Assembly: GCA_965203295.1 (NCBI GenBank)
Contig: CBDBCZ010000007.1
Location: 64,001 to 128,000 of the forward strand
Source of the DNA: Nitrospirales bacterium
GTDB taxonomy: Bacteria; Nitrospirota; Nitrospiria; Nitrospirales; UBA8639
Reading direction: 5' to 3'
DNA: 64,000 nucleotides
Shown here piece by piece: positions 1 through 11,745 of this stretch (position 1 is the first letter of the stretch; each line of letters starts with the position of its first letter). The position numbers and the translations under genes were made by a program. The notes under the pieces are model-generated. The model made no database searches and had not been told where the DNA came from. It saw only the letters and a list, made by a program, of their open reading frames with translations.

Positions 1-127
1 TTGTTTAATATTTCATTAATGTGCAAAAATTACAGCTGCATAACTTTATTTGTAGCAACATTATTATTATGCTAACATCTAAACTCACTGAAAGTTGCGG
101 CACTTTGTTTATTTATTTTTCTCACAG

Positions 128-1721
128 TTTGCCATTGCTGCCATGGTTCCATCTGCCCTTGTTTTTTCACTGGGAGATGAATCACTGTACGAAATACTCA
201 ACAGAATGGTGGTAGCAGTGCAGGAGTTGGATTCACGAGGCCTCACCGTTCCCGGGAGCCTTCAGGAGTTTATGGACGAAGGCAACGCTGGCACTCTTGC
301 GGCTGGTGGAGTGGTCTTCGGAATTGCCATGATTGCTCTCATGTACCACTCTTCCGTTATTCCACTGCGACTCCACATCACATGCGTCAATGACTTCCCC
401 AATTCGTTCCTTTGCATGGTAAGTGGTGCTAGCTGCATGCAGAGTGTCATGCTGCGTATACATATAGCACAATTGAAGGTCCAAGAACTAAGGTGGTTTA
501 CCCCAAAATTAAGTACTAAAATTGCATGCATTGCGCCAAAATCAAGTAAAAATGTGCATACCCTACAAACATATCACATGACTAAGTAAATGTTGAGTAG
601 CTCCTGCAACACTTCTAAGTTTGAGAGGGTAAATTCAATCAATTTTTGTAGGTTGTATATATATTAGTGACCACCTTTTGCTTCAATTTGCTCTTCACCA
701 CTTGCGTATTCCCTGCACAGGATATTTTCATTAACGTGTTCCTAGCTGCTGGGTACTTTGCCGGTGCTGTCATTGCCGCAGTATTTGCAGCTGATTTGGG
801 AGATTTCATTGATCCCGGAGCGCCCCTTGCCACCATCTTTCCTTTGGTATCAGACCCTTTTCAAGTTGAAAAAATCCGGAACGCTTTAGCAGCTACAGCG
901 GTGAGTTCAATAATAGTAATGTCCTGGTGCCCAGAATACTGTGAGACAAAGTCTCTGGTAGAATAATATAGCAAAATGCAGCTGTCTTTTATATTGAATA
1001 ATGACATAAGGCCGTTGCAAATTGATTATTAGTTTCCCATTGCCCACCCGCGTGACAGAATTATCCCCGCATGACAGCGTATTATTGATTGTGTGACGCG
1101 TTTTAATATACTATTCCGCCGGCTATCCACCCATTTGCGTCTACTGTTGTGAAGACTAGACTTCGGATAAACCAGAATTGTATCCTCAATGCAAGGATTG
1201 TCAGGACAGCAACCAGTGAAACAAAATTGAATATTTTGTTATTAATTGCATACACGACTTTTTTTTAATTCTGTTCTTTGCTCACTTCCTGTCTTGTTTC
1301 CTGGAAAAGTAATAATAAGATAATAAATAATAACCCGCCTGCCTGGTCATATTCATAGGCATGCAATGGGAAACTAATAATTAATTTGCAGTGGCCTAAG
1401 TTGACCACGTGACTTTAGATCCCAGGCCCTGTGACAGTTCGTGCAACCGAAAATGCATGGCATGGGACTGGGAACAAAGCTAAGGAATTGACACTATGCT
1501 GTATCTGTGAAGACTTCAAAGGACTAATCAACGCTAACCTTACTCGAACCTATTCACATGCATTGGTGATAATAGGACTGAACATGTGGAACATGGTATT
1601 CGTTAATCCCCCTCTGCAGGCATTTGGAATAATTAATGCAATTCTGTGTCTCCTTCACGCTTTATGGATGCTGCTGTTCCGAATTTTCCGTTGGAATGAG
1701 AAACTGGATGCTAAGGCATAA
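128..1721 (+). CDS. 4-TM membrane protein, paralogue A (5' exon outside window); exons 128-418, 721-900, 1620-1721
   Basis: GT-AG introns all phase 0; exon sizes 291/180/102 identical to paralogue B; hydrophobic helices; ends FRWNEKLDAKA*. MARVEL/tetraspan-like topology is only a guess. Confidence 0.85.
1010..1396. mobile_element. PIF/Harbinger (Tourist-like) MITE in intron
   Basis: ~34-bp TIR GGCCGTTGCAAATTGATTATTAGTTTCCCATTGC / GCAATGGGAAACTAATAATTAATTTGCAGTGGCC, flanked by TAA on both sides. Confidence 0.85.
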
Positions 1722-2034
1722 AACGAACTTACTCTTAACTTCTGATATACGTATTTATGTAGCTAAATCTAGAACTGTAAACATGTTATTGATCAGTAGG
1801 AAGGATTGTTCTGACACTGTATACAGCTATAGGTGTAAATGTACTGTTGTGTCTGACTCACATATTGCTTGTTGTGTTTCTCCCTATAAATGAAGATTGT
1901 GTTAAGTGATGGTTTGCATTCACTGTTATCATCATCCTGTTAAATGCCACTGTCTCTGGCTCAACAAGTTAAAAGAGCATCTTAGAGGCAGTAAAAAGCC
2001 GTGGCAAACTCAAGATGTGGGGACGTCCATTATA

Positions 2035-2088
2035 TAGCCTCGTTCCCAGGCCTCCGCACAGCTCTTGTCGCTTCTGGGAACGAGGCTG
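2035..2088. mobile_element. Short palindromic mini-element TAGCCTCGTTCCCAG...CTGGGAACGAGGCT
   Basis: Terminal inverted repeat; related full or partial copies near 1419, 6636, 9411, 9781, 18647, 21820, 22569, 23276, 25383, 34264, 47879. Confidence 0.7.
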
Positions 2089-2992
2089 GGCATCCATAGC
2101 CCCACGGTAGCACGGCACGGCAAGCCCTTTTCTGAGTTTAGGAGATATCACACACTACAATAGCCTGCATGATTCTACTGTAGCAGCAAACTCGGGCATT
2201 GCATGTACTCTAAAACTTGATTTTTAATTAGCATGGGTAGCTTAATACACGCGGTTACCCTTTTTCCATGCCTGGTTATGGCCAGGGTAGGGCCTAGCTA
2301 TGGAGGCTAATTGCTGGGTTTTAAGCTAGCTGTGTTGCATCAGAATCTACAGGCTAGTGCATAAGTGCACATGCAAAGTGCATGAGTGCATGCACATGCA
2401 TGGACATTGCCCATTCAAATGTATGCACTTCCTGCTGGACCAATAGCCACGTCCTTAAAATATTGACCTTCATTCTATGAAATCCCCTTTTCTCTTTCAA
2501 GCTCTTGAACCAGGCCAATTGACTGAGCATCTTACCAACCGTACCAACTTTTTTGCTTAAAGGCGAACAAAACGAGGGCGGCCTGTCCTACACTTAATAA
2601 CTTTTACTTGCAGTGAGTTTCTTTCAAATCGCGCAAAAAGCTGTCAAACTTGCATTGTTAAATTCTGGATCCACTGTCTCTCACAAGCACAAGTGCAAAA
2701 GCTGGTATCTGCAATCATGAGGCAAGTTGCTCCACATCCATGTAGGCAAACAACCATAGCTGTAAGCTGTAACAGTGTGATGTCTCCAGAATAACTTCCT
2801 GCATGTGAAGCCAGATAGTAACACACCACTGAAACCTGACACCAAAAATAGCTAATCACTCGCAACTCATCTGAGCTATCAAAACTGTGGTCACGCCTTA
2901 CCTCGATCAGCAGTTCTGCGCGTCCGTGGTGCGCCTCTAGCTAGCTCCTTTGTGTTTAATACGCCAGCGAGTGAAAGTTAATCAGCTAAAAG

Positions 2993-4893
2993 ATGGGTGG
3001 TGGTTTTTGCGATTGGCGATGTCGTCCCAGCCTCGGCATTGTGAGGTTTTGCCAGGGCATCACTGAGGTGTCACTCCGCATTTCTCTTGTACTGGTGAGC
3101 TGAATACCCAAAAATTATTGCATGGCTGCATAACATTTTTTTTACTTACCTAAGTTAACAATAAAGTGTATAATTTTACCTGTGTCCACTGTCATAGTAT
3201 GCATCATAGAAGTTTTGAGCTGAATCCAGTTACAATAAAGTGTGTAGTTTAATCTACTTGTATTCACTGCGTTATAGAAGTTTTAAGTAGTCATAGCTCA
3301 AGGCATCATTTTTTGAGCAATAATAATCACTCACCATCCATGCAATATTCACAGTTTGCCATTGCAGCCATCGTTCCGGCTATTCTTGTTTTCACACTCG
3401 GAGATGAATCTCTGCACGTAATACTCGACAGGATGGAATCCGCACGCAATGATTTGGACAATTTGAACCTACCCATCCCTGGGAGCCTTAACGAGTACAT
3501 CGACGAAGGCAGCACTGGTACCTTTGCAGCCGCTGGACTGGTGTTGGGGACTGGTATAGTGGTGCTCATATACCAGATTACGGTGACGCTGGTTCGGTTT
3601 CATCAGACCTGTCTCAACGATTTCCCCAACTGCTTCCTTTTCTGGGTAAGTGTATTTGCCAACCTGAGCATATACCAGTTTGCTAGCCTCATTCCCTATG
3701 CTCTAAACCCATGCATACCTCCAGGCCTAACCCTAACCCTAATCCTAACCCTAACCCTAACCCTAACCCTAACCCTAACCCTAACCCTAACCCTAACCCT
3801 AACCCTAACCCTAACCCTAACCCTAACCCTAACCCCAACTCAACCCTAACCCTAACCCTAACCCTAACCCTAACCCTAACCCTAACCCCAACCCCAACTC
3901 AACCCTAATCCAAACCCTTAGCAGCTTTTTTGTAATACTTCTCTTGTGTGAAATAGCTGGGGAAGGAAGGGAGGGAGATGTAATGTGGAAATCGGGAATG
4001 AGGCCACCAGATTTCTCCTGGTTAGGTATGTGTATCACTGTGTTTCTTTTTTATATTTTGCTGCACAGGATATCCTGACAACCTTCTTTCTGGCTGCTTG
4101 TTACTTCGCTGGAGCTGTCATCGCTGCAGTCTTTGCAAATGATCTCAATGATTTCGTTGATCCGGGATTGCCTCTAGCAATCCTCTTTCCCGGCCAGTCA
4201 GACCCATTCCGAGTTTCAAAAATCAGGAACGCTTTAGCAGCTGCTGCGGTGAGTTCAAGATCAGTAATGGTAACATTTCATAGGGTTAGGGAATTCTTTG
4301 TAAGGTAAGGTGGGGCCTTTCCGACGGTGGGGGTAATTCTGACGGTTACGCTTACATCTCCAGTGTGCTGTGGAGTTAGGTGATGATTTTATGCCTCAGT
4401 ATAGGTCAGTAAGACAGCTATATGCATAGCAGCGTCGCAACTTCTGTGTAACTGGCTCTACACTCCAGTGTCGGAATTACCTCTGGGGTTAAATTTCTGT
4501 CGGAATAGCCCCGCTTTACCTTACATGTACAACAACTGTGCATATTTTGTTTGCAGCCTTTAGTGCTATATTATATTGATGAAAAATTGTGGAAGTTCCA
4601 TTTCTACAGCTTTGGCTATTATCGTGCATTGGGGATAGTCTGGATTAGGCCCGTATGTACAGGGCATCCTTGCTTTAACAACATGAGCTTGTTCACAAAG
4701 ATCTGGCTGTTTAGCTGACTTATGAAATATGATTTTGTTGTAACACCCGATTGTTGCTGCTACTCACGTGAACAATTCCATCCCTCTGCAGGCATACGGT
4801 TTTATCAATGCAGTTCTGTGCATCATCCAGGGATTGTGGATGATCGTATTCCGGTTTAGCCGGTGGAACGAGAAGCTGGAGTCCCTGTCATAA
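2993..4893 (+). CDS. 4-TM membrane protein, paralogue B (224 aa); exons 2993-3094, 3355-3645, 4069-4248, 4792-4893
   Basis: ATG...GTGAGC first exon (MGGGFCDWRCRPSLGIVRFCQG...), GT-AG phase-0 introns, 675 nt total, colinear similarity with paralogue A (QFAIAA.VP..LVF.LGDESL; DPF.V.KIRNALAA; RWNEKL). Confidence 0.9.
3726..3920 (+). repeat. Interstitial telomeric repeat (CCCTAA)n
   Basis: ~30 CCCTAA units with variant CCCCAACTCAA twice, inside intron 2 of paralogue B. Confidence 0.95.
4300..4524. mobile_element. MITE-like element with imperfect TIRs
   Basis: GTAAGGTAAGGTGGGGCCTTTCCGAC vs GTCGGAATAGCCCCGCTTTACCTTAC, plus inner GGTAATTCTGAC/GTCGGAATTACC. Confidence 0.65.
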
Positions 4894-5401
4894 AGAAACT
4901 GTAACTTTGTCGACATCCTAACAGGAGTTACTATTTAGCTTTGTATGTAGAACTGCGGGTGCTGAATCATTTTAAAGTTCCCTTTTTGTGACTGGATTGC
5001 CTTTAGGTTTAATTTATTACGATACATACTCTATTGCTTTTTTTTTTTTTTTGGCTTGTGTTATGAAATTGACCAGTGGGTTAGAGGCTTCGAATTGTAC
5101 ATGTGTAGAGCTATCACTACATGGTTTCAATCTACACCTTCAACTACAAACTGTAGTGTGTTACTGTTGCCATGATATTGTGGTGGAAAGGAAGTGCTGA
5201 TAGTGCAACAGGATACAGTTTGTGGAATGCAGGAAGAGCCCTGAGGAATGTTCAGACTTGGTCAGCCCTGGGGAATGTTCAGGCTGGCTGATAGGCCAAA
5301 TTGCAAATGTGATAAATGGGTGAAATTGAGTATGGAGTGGGCAGTTTGCCCTACATGTAGCTCTCTTGCCACTATACTATTTGGGGTGGGTGGGTGATTA
5401 A

Positions 5402-5536
5402 CCCTTTCACCGGTGTAGCCTCCATATGGAGGCAAGGAAGTACAGAAAAGCCTATACTTTATATTAACGCCTAATATAAAAAGCCCATATAAATTGATAT
5501 GGGCCTTATGGGAGCGAGAATCCACCGGTGAAAGGG
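5402..5536. mobile_element. piggyBac-type MITE (copy 1)
   Basis: TTAA|CCCTTTCACCGGTG...CACCGGTGAAAGGG|TTAA; internal sequence shared, inverted, with 28819-28978. Confidence 0.85.
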
Positions 5537-5638
5537 TTAACTATCAGCCTTCTTGTGTAGGAGGTGGTCACTTTGAATTCTTGAGTCAAACCAGCTATAC
5601 TACCGGTACCTATGCATGATTTTGCTGATTTCGGTGTA

Positions 5639-5804
5639 CAGTGGGACCCCTGGCACCCTTGAAATACAGACACCTCTGTATTAAGGACACTTTGACACAG
5701 TATGCCTCATGTATGCTTTCTGGATGTAAATTCACCCTTAAAATGAGTACAGTAAGACACTTTGCCACGTCCCCAAGTGTCCACAATGGAGAGGTGTTCC
5801 ACTG
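5639..5804. mobile_element. Tc1/mariner-pogo-type MITE (CAGTGG...CCACTG family)
   Basis: TA|CAGTGGGACCC...GTGTTCCACTG|TA with internal AAGGACAC/GTGTCC motifs; related copies at 23060-23197, 26044-26991, 56920-57123. Confidence 0.75.
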
Positions 5805-6924
5805 TATGTGTACTACATTGCGAAGGCAATATACTTTAGTATAATATATGTTACCATAGGTGTAATCTTTTTTCCATAGAGCATATGAAGCTGATGTGCA
5901 AACACTAAATGGCTCAGGGCATGGGCATCTCTGTAATCTATGTAACTAGTTTTCTGCTTTGCCTCGGCCTATTTAAAACATCTCTGCCTAAGCTGTACAT
6001 AGAGCATAAGAAGAATTCCACAGAGCGTAGGAAGCAGTCTTCAGGAATAAGTGGGCAGCTATGTTCTAACTACGTACACCTCAACTCTGTTTTGGGCCAG
6101 AGTTGTCAAGCACCATTCCCACTTCAGCTTTAGTCCCACAAAATGGGTGTATTGTAATACAGATAAGATTTCAGCATTAGGATCTGTTAATGGGTCACCT
6201 CTGACCTACTATATTGTTGTGGTAGCATGGCCCTTTGGAATGCAGGAAGAGCCCTGTGGAGGTGTATGGTCCATTGGCTAGCCCAAATAAGGCACCTACA
6301 GAGAACACTATACATCCTAGGAAATGGTTAGTCTCAGTATCGTTTTGTACACGTGTTTGGTGCACTATTATTATGTGGCCCTGTATAGTAGCAGTGTCTG
6401 ACTATAGCACCATCTTGTACCAATCCTCTCTCTTGAAGAGGCAGTTAGAGCCTTGTCTGGAGATGAGCTAAGGCACCATCTAACAAGTGTGCACTTAAAC
6501 TGCCTACCTTACAGCTGTACTTTGGAGCTATATACTCAATGTTTTGAGAGTCATTATCTCAAATGTATTAATCTGCATTATTCTCTGTCATAGCTGTGTA
6601 CTATGCTGACTGTGATTGCGTAGTACCACGAGTGCTAGCCTTGTTCCCGGGCCACTCCTCCTTTGAAGCAGGGGTGGCCTGGGATGAAGGAGGCAAATAT
6701 TCAAACTGCGAAGATTTAGTTCCTTAACATTTTGTCACCTTAAGGCATTTAGGGATACTTTGCAGCCAGATTCTATAGATGATGTCACAGTGCAGGGATA
6801 TGATTCCCTCTCTACTGAGCTTGGCTTCCTTCTCACCATGACAGGATGTGGCCTACAGCAGAACACAGCCATGATTCCTGTGAGGTCAGGATGTTCACAG
6901 ACAGTAGGGGCATCAGTCCAGCAT

Positions 6925-7895
<971 letters not shown>

Positions 7896-8196
7896 TTTGC
7901 GTCTGAGGTTCTGGTTTGGAACTGAGACTAGCTAACACCATTCTGGTCTGGGTCCTAATTCTGGGTTCTGGTCCAGGCCAATTGGGGCCAATATCTGAGA
8001 ATCAATTCTGTTGTTGTCTGAGGTTTGTTGATGTAGTGTTTGTAGTCTGGAAGCTAATTGGGCCCTGTAGGCTCACCTGTCAAATTGCACTGGAGGGGCT
8101 GCCCAAAAATTCACCTTTGCATGTGAACAGCACATGGCACTAATGTTGTATTAAAAAAGTCTTAAAGGAAGTGTGCACTATATTTAGGCTATCAGT

Positions 8197-8595
8197 AGGG
8201 ATGAGGCTATTATGCTGGCATAGTTCCGGGCATAATAGGTAGTCCTACAGAGTGAGCATAATGCGGGCATAAACGGTAGAAGTATGAGCATAATTGACCT
8301 TTCACACATGGAGAAAACAGAATGGCACCACCAGCAGCAGTATTGGCACTGGTAGTCCAGCAAAACCCATTTTACAGTGGCAGACTTAGACTGAGATAGT
8401 GGTAGTGTAGCCCCGCTAGTAGCCAACATTGAATATTTACATTTCATTAAGCACCGAACCTCTGGTATTATGTTCTATAAACATTTTTACATGAAATTTT
8501 TGTGAGCATAATCATCAAGAGCATAATCGGACATCCTCTGGAGCATTATGGAATAGCGTAATGGGCAGATTTCTTAGCATAATAGCCTCATCCCT
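8197..8595. mobile_element. Non-autonomous DNA transposon with 20-bp perfect TIR
   Basis: AGGGATGAGGCTATTATGCT...AGCATAATAGCCTCATCCCT flanked by direct repeat GCTATCAGT (9 bp, or 7 bp if the termini extend one base); subterminal GCATAA repeats. Confidence 0.9.
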
Positions 8596-8737
8596 GCTAT
8601 CAGTATCTGTACATGTCATCCACTATTTATACACACTGCCTATATTTATCAGTGTCTCTCATCCATGCATACTATTTATTGCCTGTCATTGACTACATGT
8701 ATTTAAACACACTACCTATATTTATCAGTGTCCGCAG

Positions 8738-9188
8738 GAGGTCCCCCAGCAAAAAAAGTCCACGATGCACAGCCCCTTTTTTGCAGACCCCCCAAAACAA
8801 CCTACCAACTGCATCACAAAGTGTCATAATTATAATTATTACGTCATAAATAGTTAATTAACCATACATTGACATCATAAAATGGTTAACTAATTTGACC
8901 CAACCCTAACTTAGCACTTACTGATTGAGCGACCATGGCTGAAGGCAGCAGCAAGCTGCTACTGAGTAAGCAATGACGTAAGATCAGTGTCACTATTGCA
9001 TGCAAGTACATGCAAATTATACACAAGCTGTGATGCATAATGGATATGAGGCTACTGCTTGTACTGCCAAAATCTAAACTCTTGTCCGCAAAAAATCCCC
9101 TAGTTTTTGGAACCTTTTTTGCTGACCTGCCGAAACAACCAACCAACTTGGTGGGTGCGCGTCTCACCTTTTTTCAAGTATGGCCCAC
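8738..9188 (+). mobile_element. Dispersed repeat, copy 1 (copy 2 at ~47557-47870)
   Basis: Shared blocks GACCCCCCAAAACAACCTACCAACTGC, CACTTACTGATTGAGCGACCATGG, AACAACCAACCAACTTGG. Confidence 0.75.
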
Positions 9189-11611
9189 CGGTGTCTGTCA
9201 TCCACTATTTACACACAATATATACACACTACCTATATTTATCGGTTTCTGTTATCCACTACTTTATACACTCTGCTGATCTGTGTCTGTCATCACTGGA
9301 CAGAGCAGGCCAGCACCGTAACGAGGTCTTACGTACACCTGTCATAGCTAGGTCGGGATCAGTGGAAGTGCATCCTGGAATGTGCATGCAGAATTTAAGT
9401 GGCTTCCGTCTAATCTCGAACCCAGCTTTTTTTTTGCTTGCAGGCTGAAAAAAAGCTGGGACGGTTGGGTTTGAGGCTAGCTTCCGTCCATCACGTACAG
9501 CACACACAATAGTGCCCATTGACCATGCCCCTCGGCCACTGTATGGCAGAATGGCAAGTCATATGATCGCTTATAGACTACAAGGTTACTGCACTTGTCG
9601 AAGAGTTTTCATTTCAGAAGCATGTGCTGTTTTGGTACGGCTGTACCTGATACGTTCCTCTTGACTTAATGTGTTACCTTGTAACAATAAGTACTGCACC
9701 ACAGGGGGAGCTAATGGAGTAAATATAAATGGCTCTTGGGCATCTGGAAGAAATAAAGGTGCACACACACTATACTTCGTTAGCCTTGTACCCAGGCCCC
9801 TCCTATATACCCCTAATGTATCAGGGGAAGCTACATGTGGTTGCTAGGTCATAATCAAAACAGGATGCAGCTGCAGTGCATTGCCATGCATGCATGTGGT
9901 AGTCACAACAATCGCAGTAATAACAATAATATTTTATGCCTACATACTTGTACTCTGTACAAACTAATTGCAGTGATGTCACTAATACTGCCTGGATACA
10001 CATGCAGAGAATGTGGCATACTTTTCGCATGTAGAAACTTTGAAATTGCATGGTCTTTGACACACCACAAAGTTTTGCTGGTACTCTGATAACTGAATTT
10101 ACCCTCTCCTGTCATCACCCTGTACTAATTAAACAATACCACAAGTTACCTATTTGCGCAGTTCTGTATCATCCACTCTTCTGGATACCTGTTCTCTGCA
10201 TAATTATAATACCACTTCTTAACTCCATATACTAGATGCTGAACCTCAATAGTAGCGTCACGGCTGCAAATTCCAGTGGCACCGTTAACTATAATAGTAG
10301 CACAGCTCAGGCTGTATGTGGTTTATTTATAAACATTAGCAAATCAGCCTAGCTTTTACATAGTATTCTATTTGCTTCTGAATACTGGCCAGTTCTGCAA
10401 CTAAATATTATCGTCTTGTGAGATTTCTTTGGATGCCTTCTGTGTCTGTGCCATGCATGGTCATATTATTTGACTGTGATTTACACCTGCCCAGCACTTG
10501 GAACAAAGGGTACGCAGGTACCCCTGTAGAGCTAAGGATCAGCTAATGTGAGAGCAAGAGTTTACCATTTCACTGAAAGGAAGCTTCAAGCTTACATTCC
10601 TCAGTATTTCACTGCATGATCCATGATCAGCTGATTAAGTAGTCTTATGTACAGTGGTGTCTACTGTCAGTGGTACCCATATCACATGCACAGATTTAAC
10701 TGCCAACAGTATACTGTATGTATACACTTAGAGCCCAAGGTAGATATGTATTACTATGGATTTTTTTTTAACCTTTTCTATATTTCATTTATAGCTATTA
10801 TTCAGTAAGTAGAGTGTGATCGAGGAACTGGTTTATGGCGTTGGATGCTGAACCTCCATAGAGTCAACTTATATTACAGAGTGGATGGCTGTGCTATAGC
10901 TCACTCATCTACTTTTCTCTTCTCTCGCCTTTCCTCTCTCTCCCTTATATAATATTCTTATAGCTAACTTCAGGTTCTTTACTATTATTCTTTTTGTACA
11001 TTGTACTGTCTCATTTTTGGCCTGCTGCCCCTGTGGTGTGACGTAAAATGTTTATCTATCTATCATACAAGTGCCCACCAGTGTGGAGGGAAATCATGAT
11101 CACATGCAGAGCCATTGTGTGACCCACAATGACATGGTACCAACTCCTGGTGCATGCATGGTGTACGTGCAATGTTCAGCGTATTATTAACCGCACATAT
11201 TATACCCAGGCGCAGTAAGTAGACTGCTGCAATCTAGATGCAAATGGCAATGAAATGTTGCACTGAAGGCAGCTAATATTTCCTGAATTGGCCTGTGATG
11301 CAGTTTAACTCAGCTGTGATCACACAAAGCTTACATGACATGATGTGGTGTTCTTCCATGCAGTGTAACAGTTATAGTTGAGTCCTGGAAATGTTACGTA
11401 TAAGAGCTTGGCTACATTGGAGATGGTGTCCATGCCCGATTTTCCCTCTAAAGCTTCTGGAAACTCTGTAGCTAACTTCACCACACATGCAGCCCCAGGC
11501 TATGAATGCTATAAAGACAGGTCAACGGTTACCAGGCAGTGAGAAATATGCCTCGACAGCACGTACAAAGCAACTAATTAAGGTGTGTACATTTCTTGCA
11601 AGTCAGCGCTC

Positions 11612-11684
11612 TTACGCAATTGAATCGTTGCGCAATCAAGCAGGGGGCAACCCTGGGAATCTCCCCCAACTGCTCAAATAAATA
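11612..11684 (+). promoter_or_regulatory. Candidate immune-type promoter: two C/EBP-like sites, an NF-kB-like site and an AT-rich TATA-like box
   Basis: TTACGCAA 11612-19, TTGCGCAA 11628-35, GGGAATCTCC 11655-64 (fits GGGRNNYYCC), AATAAATA 11677-84; 60-135 bp upstream of ATG 11746. Confidence 0.5.
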
Positions 11685-11745
11685 TCGAACAGCAGCGCGT
11701 ACTCAGTCATAATAGCGCAAGACATACAAAAAAGTACTTGCAGAA

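Noticed and set aside
9790..11480. Short Cys- or Asn-rich ORFs
   Set aside because: No coherent frame, splice pattern or homology that I can support
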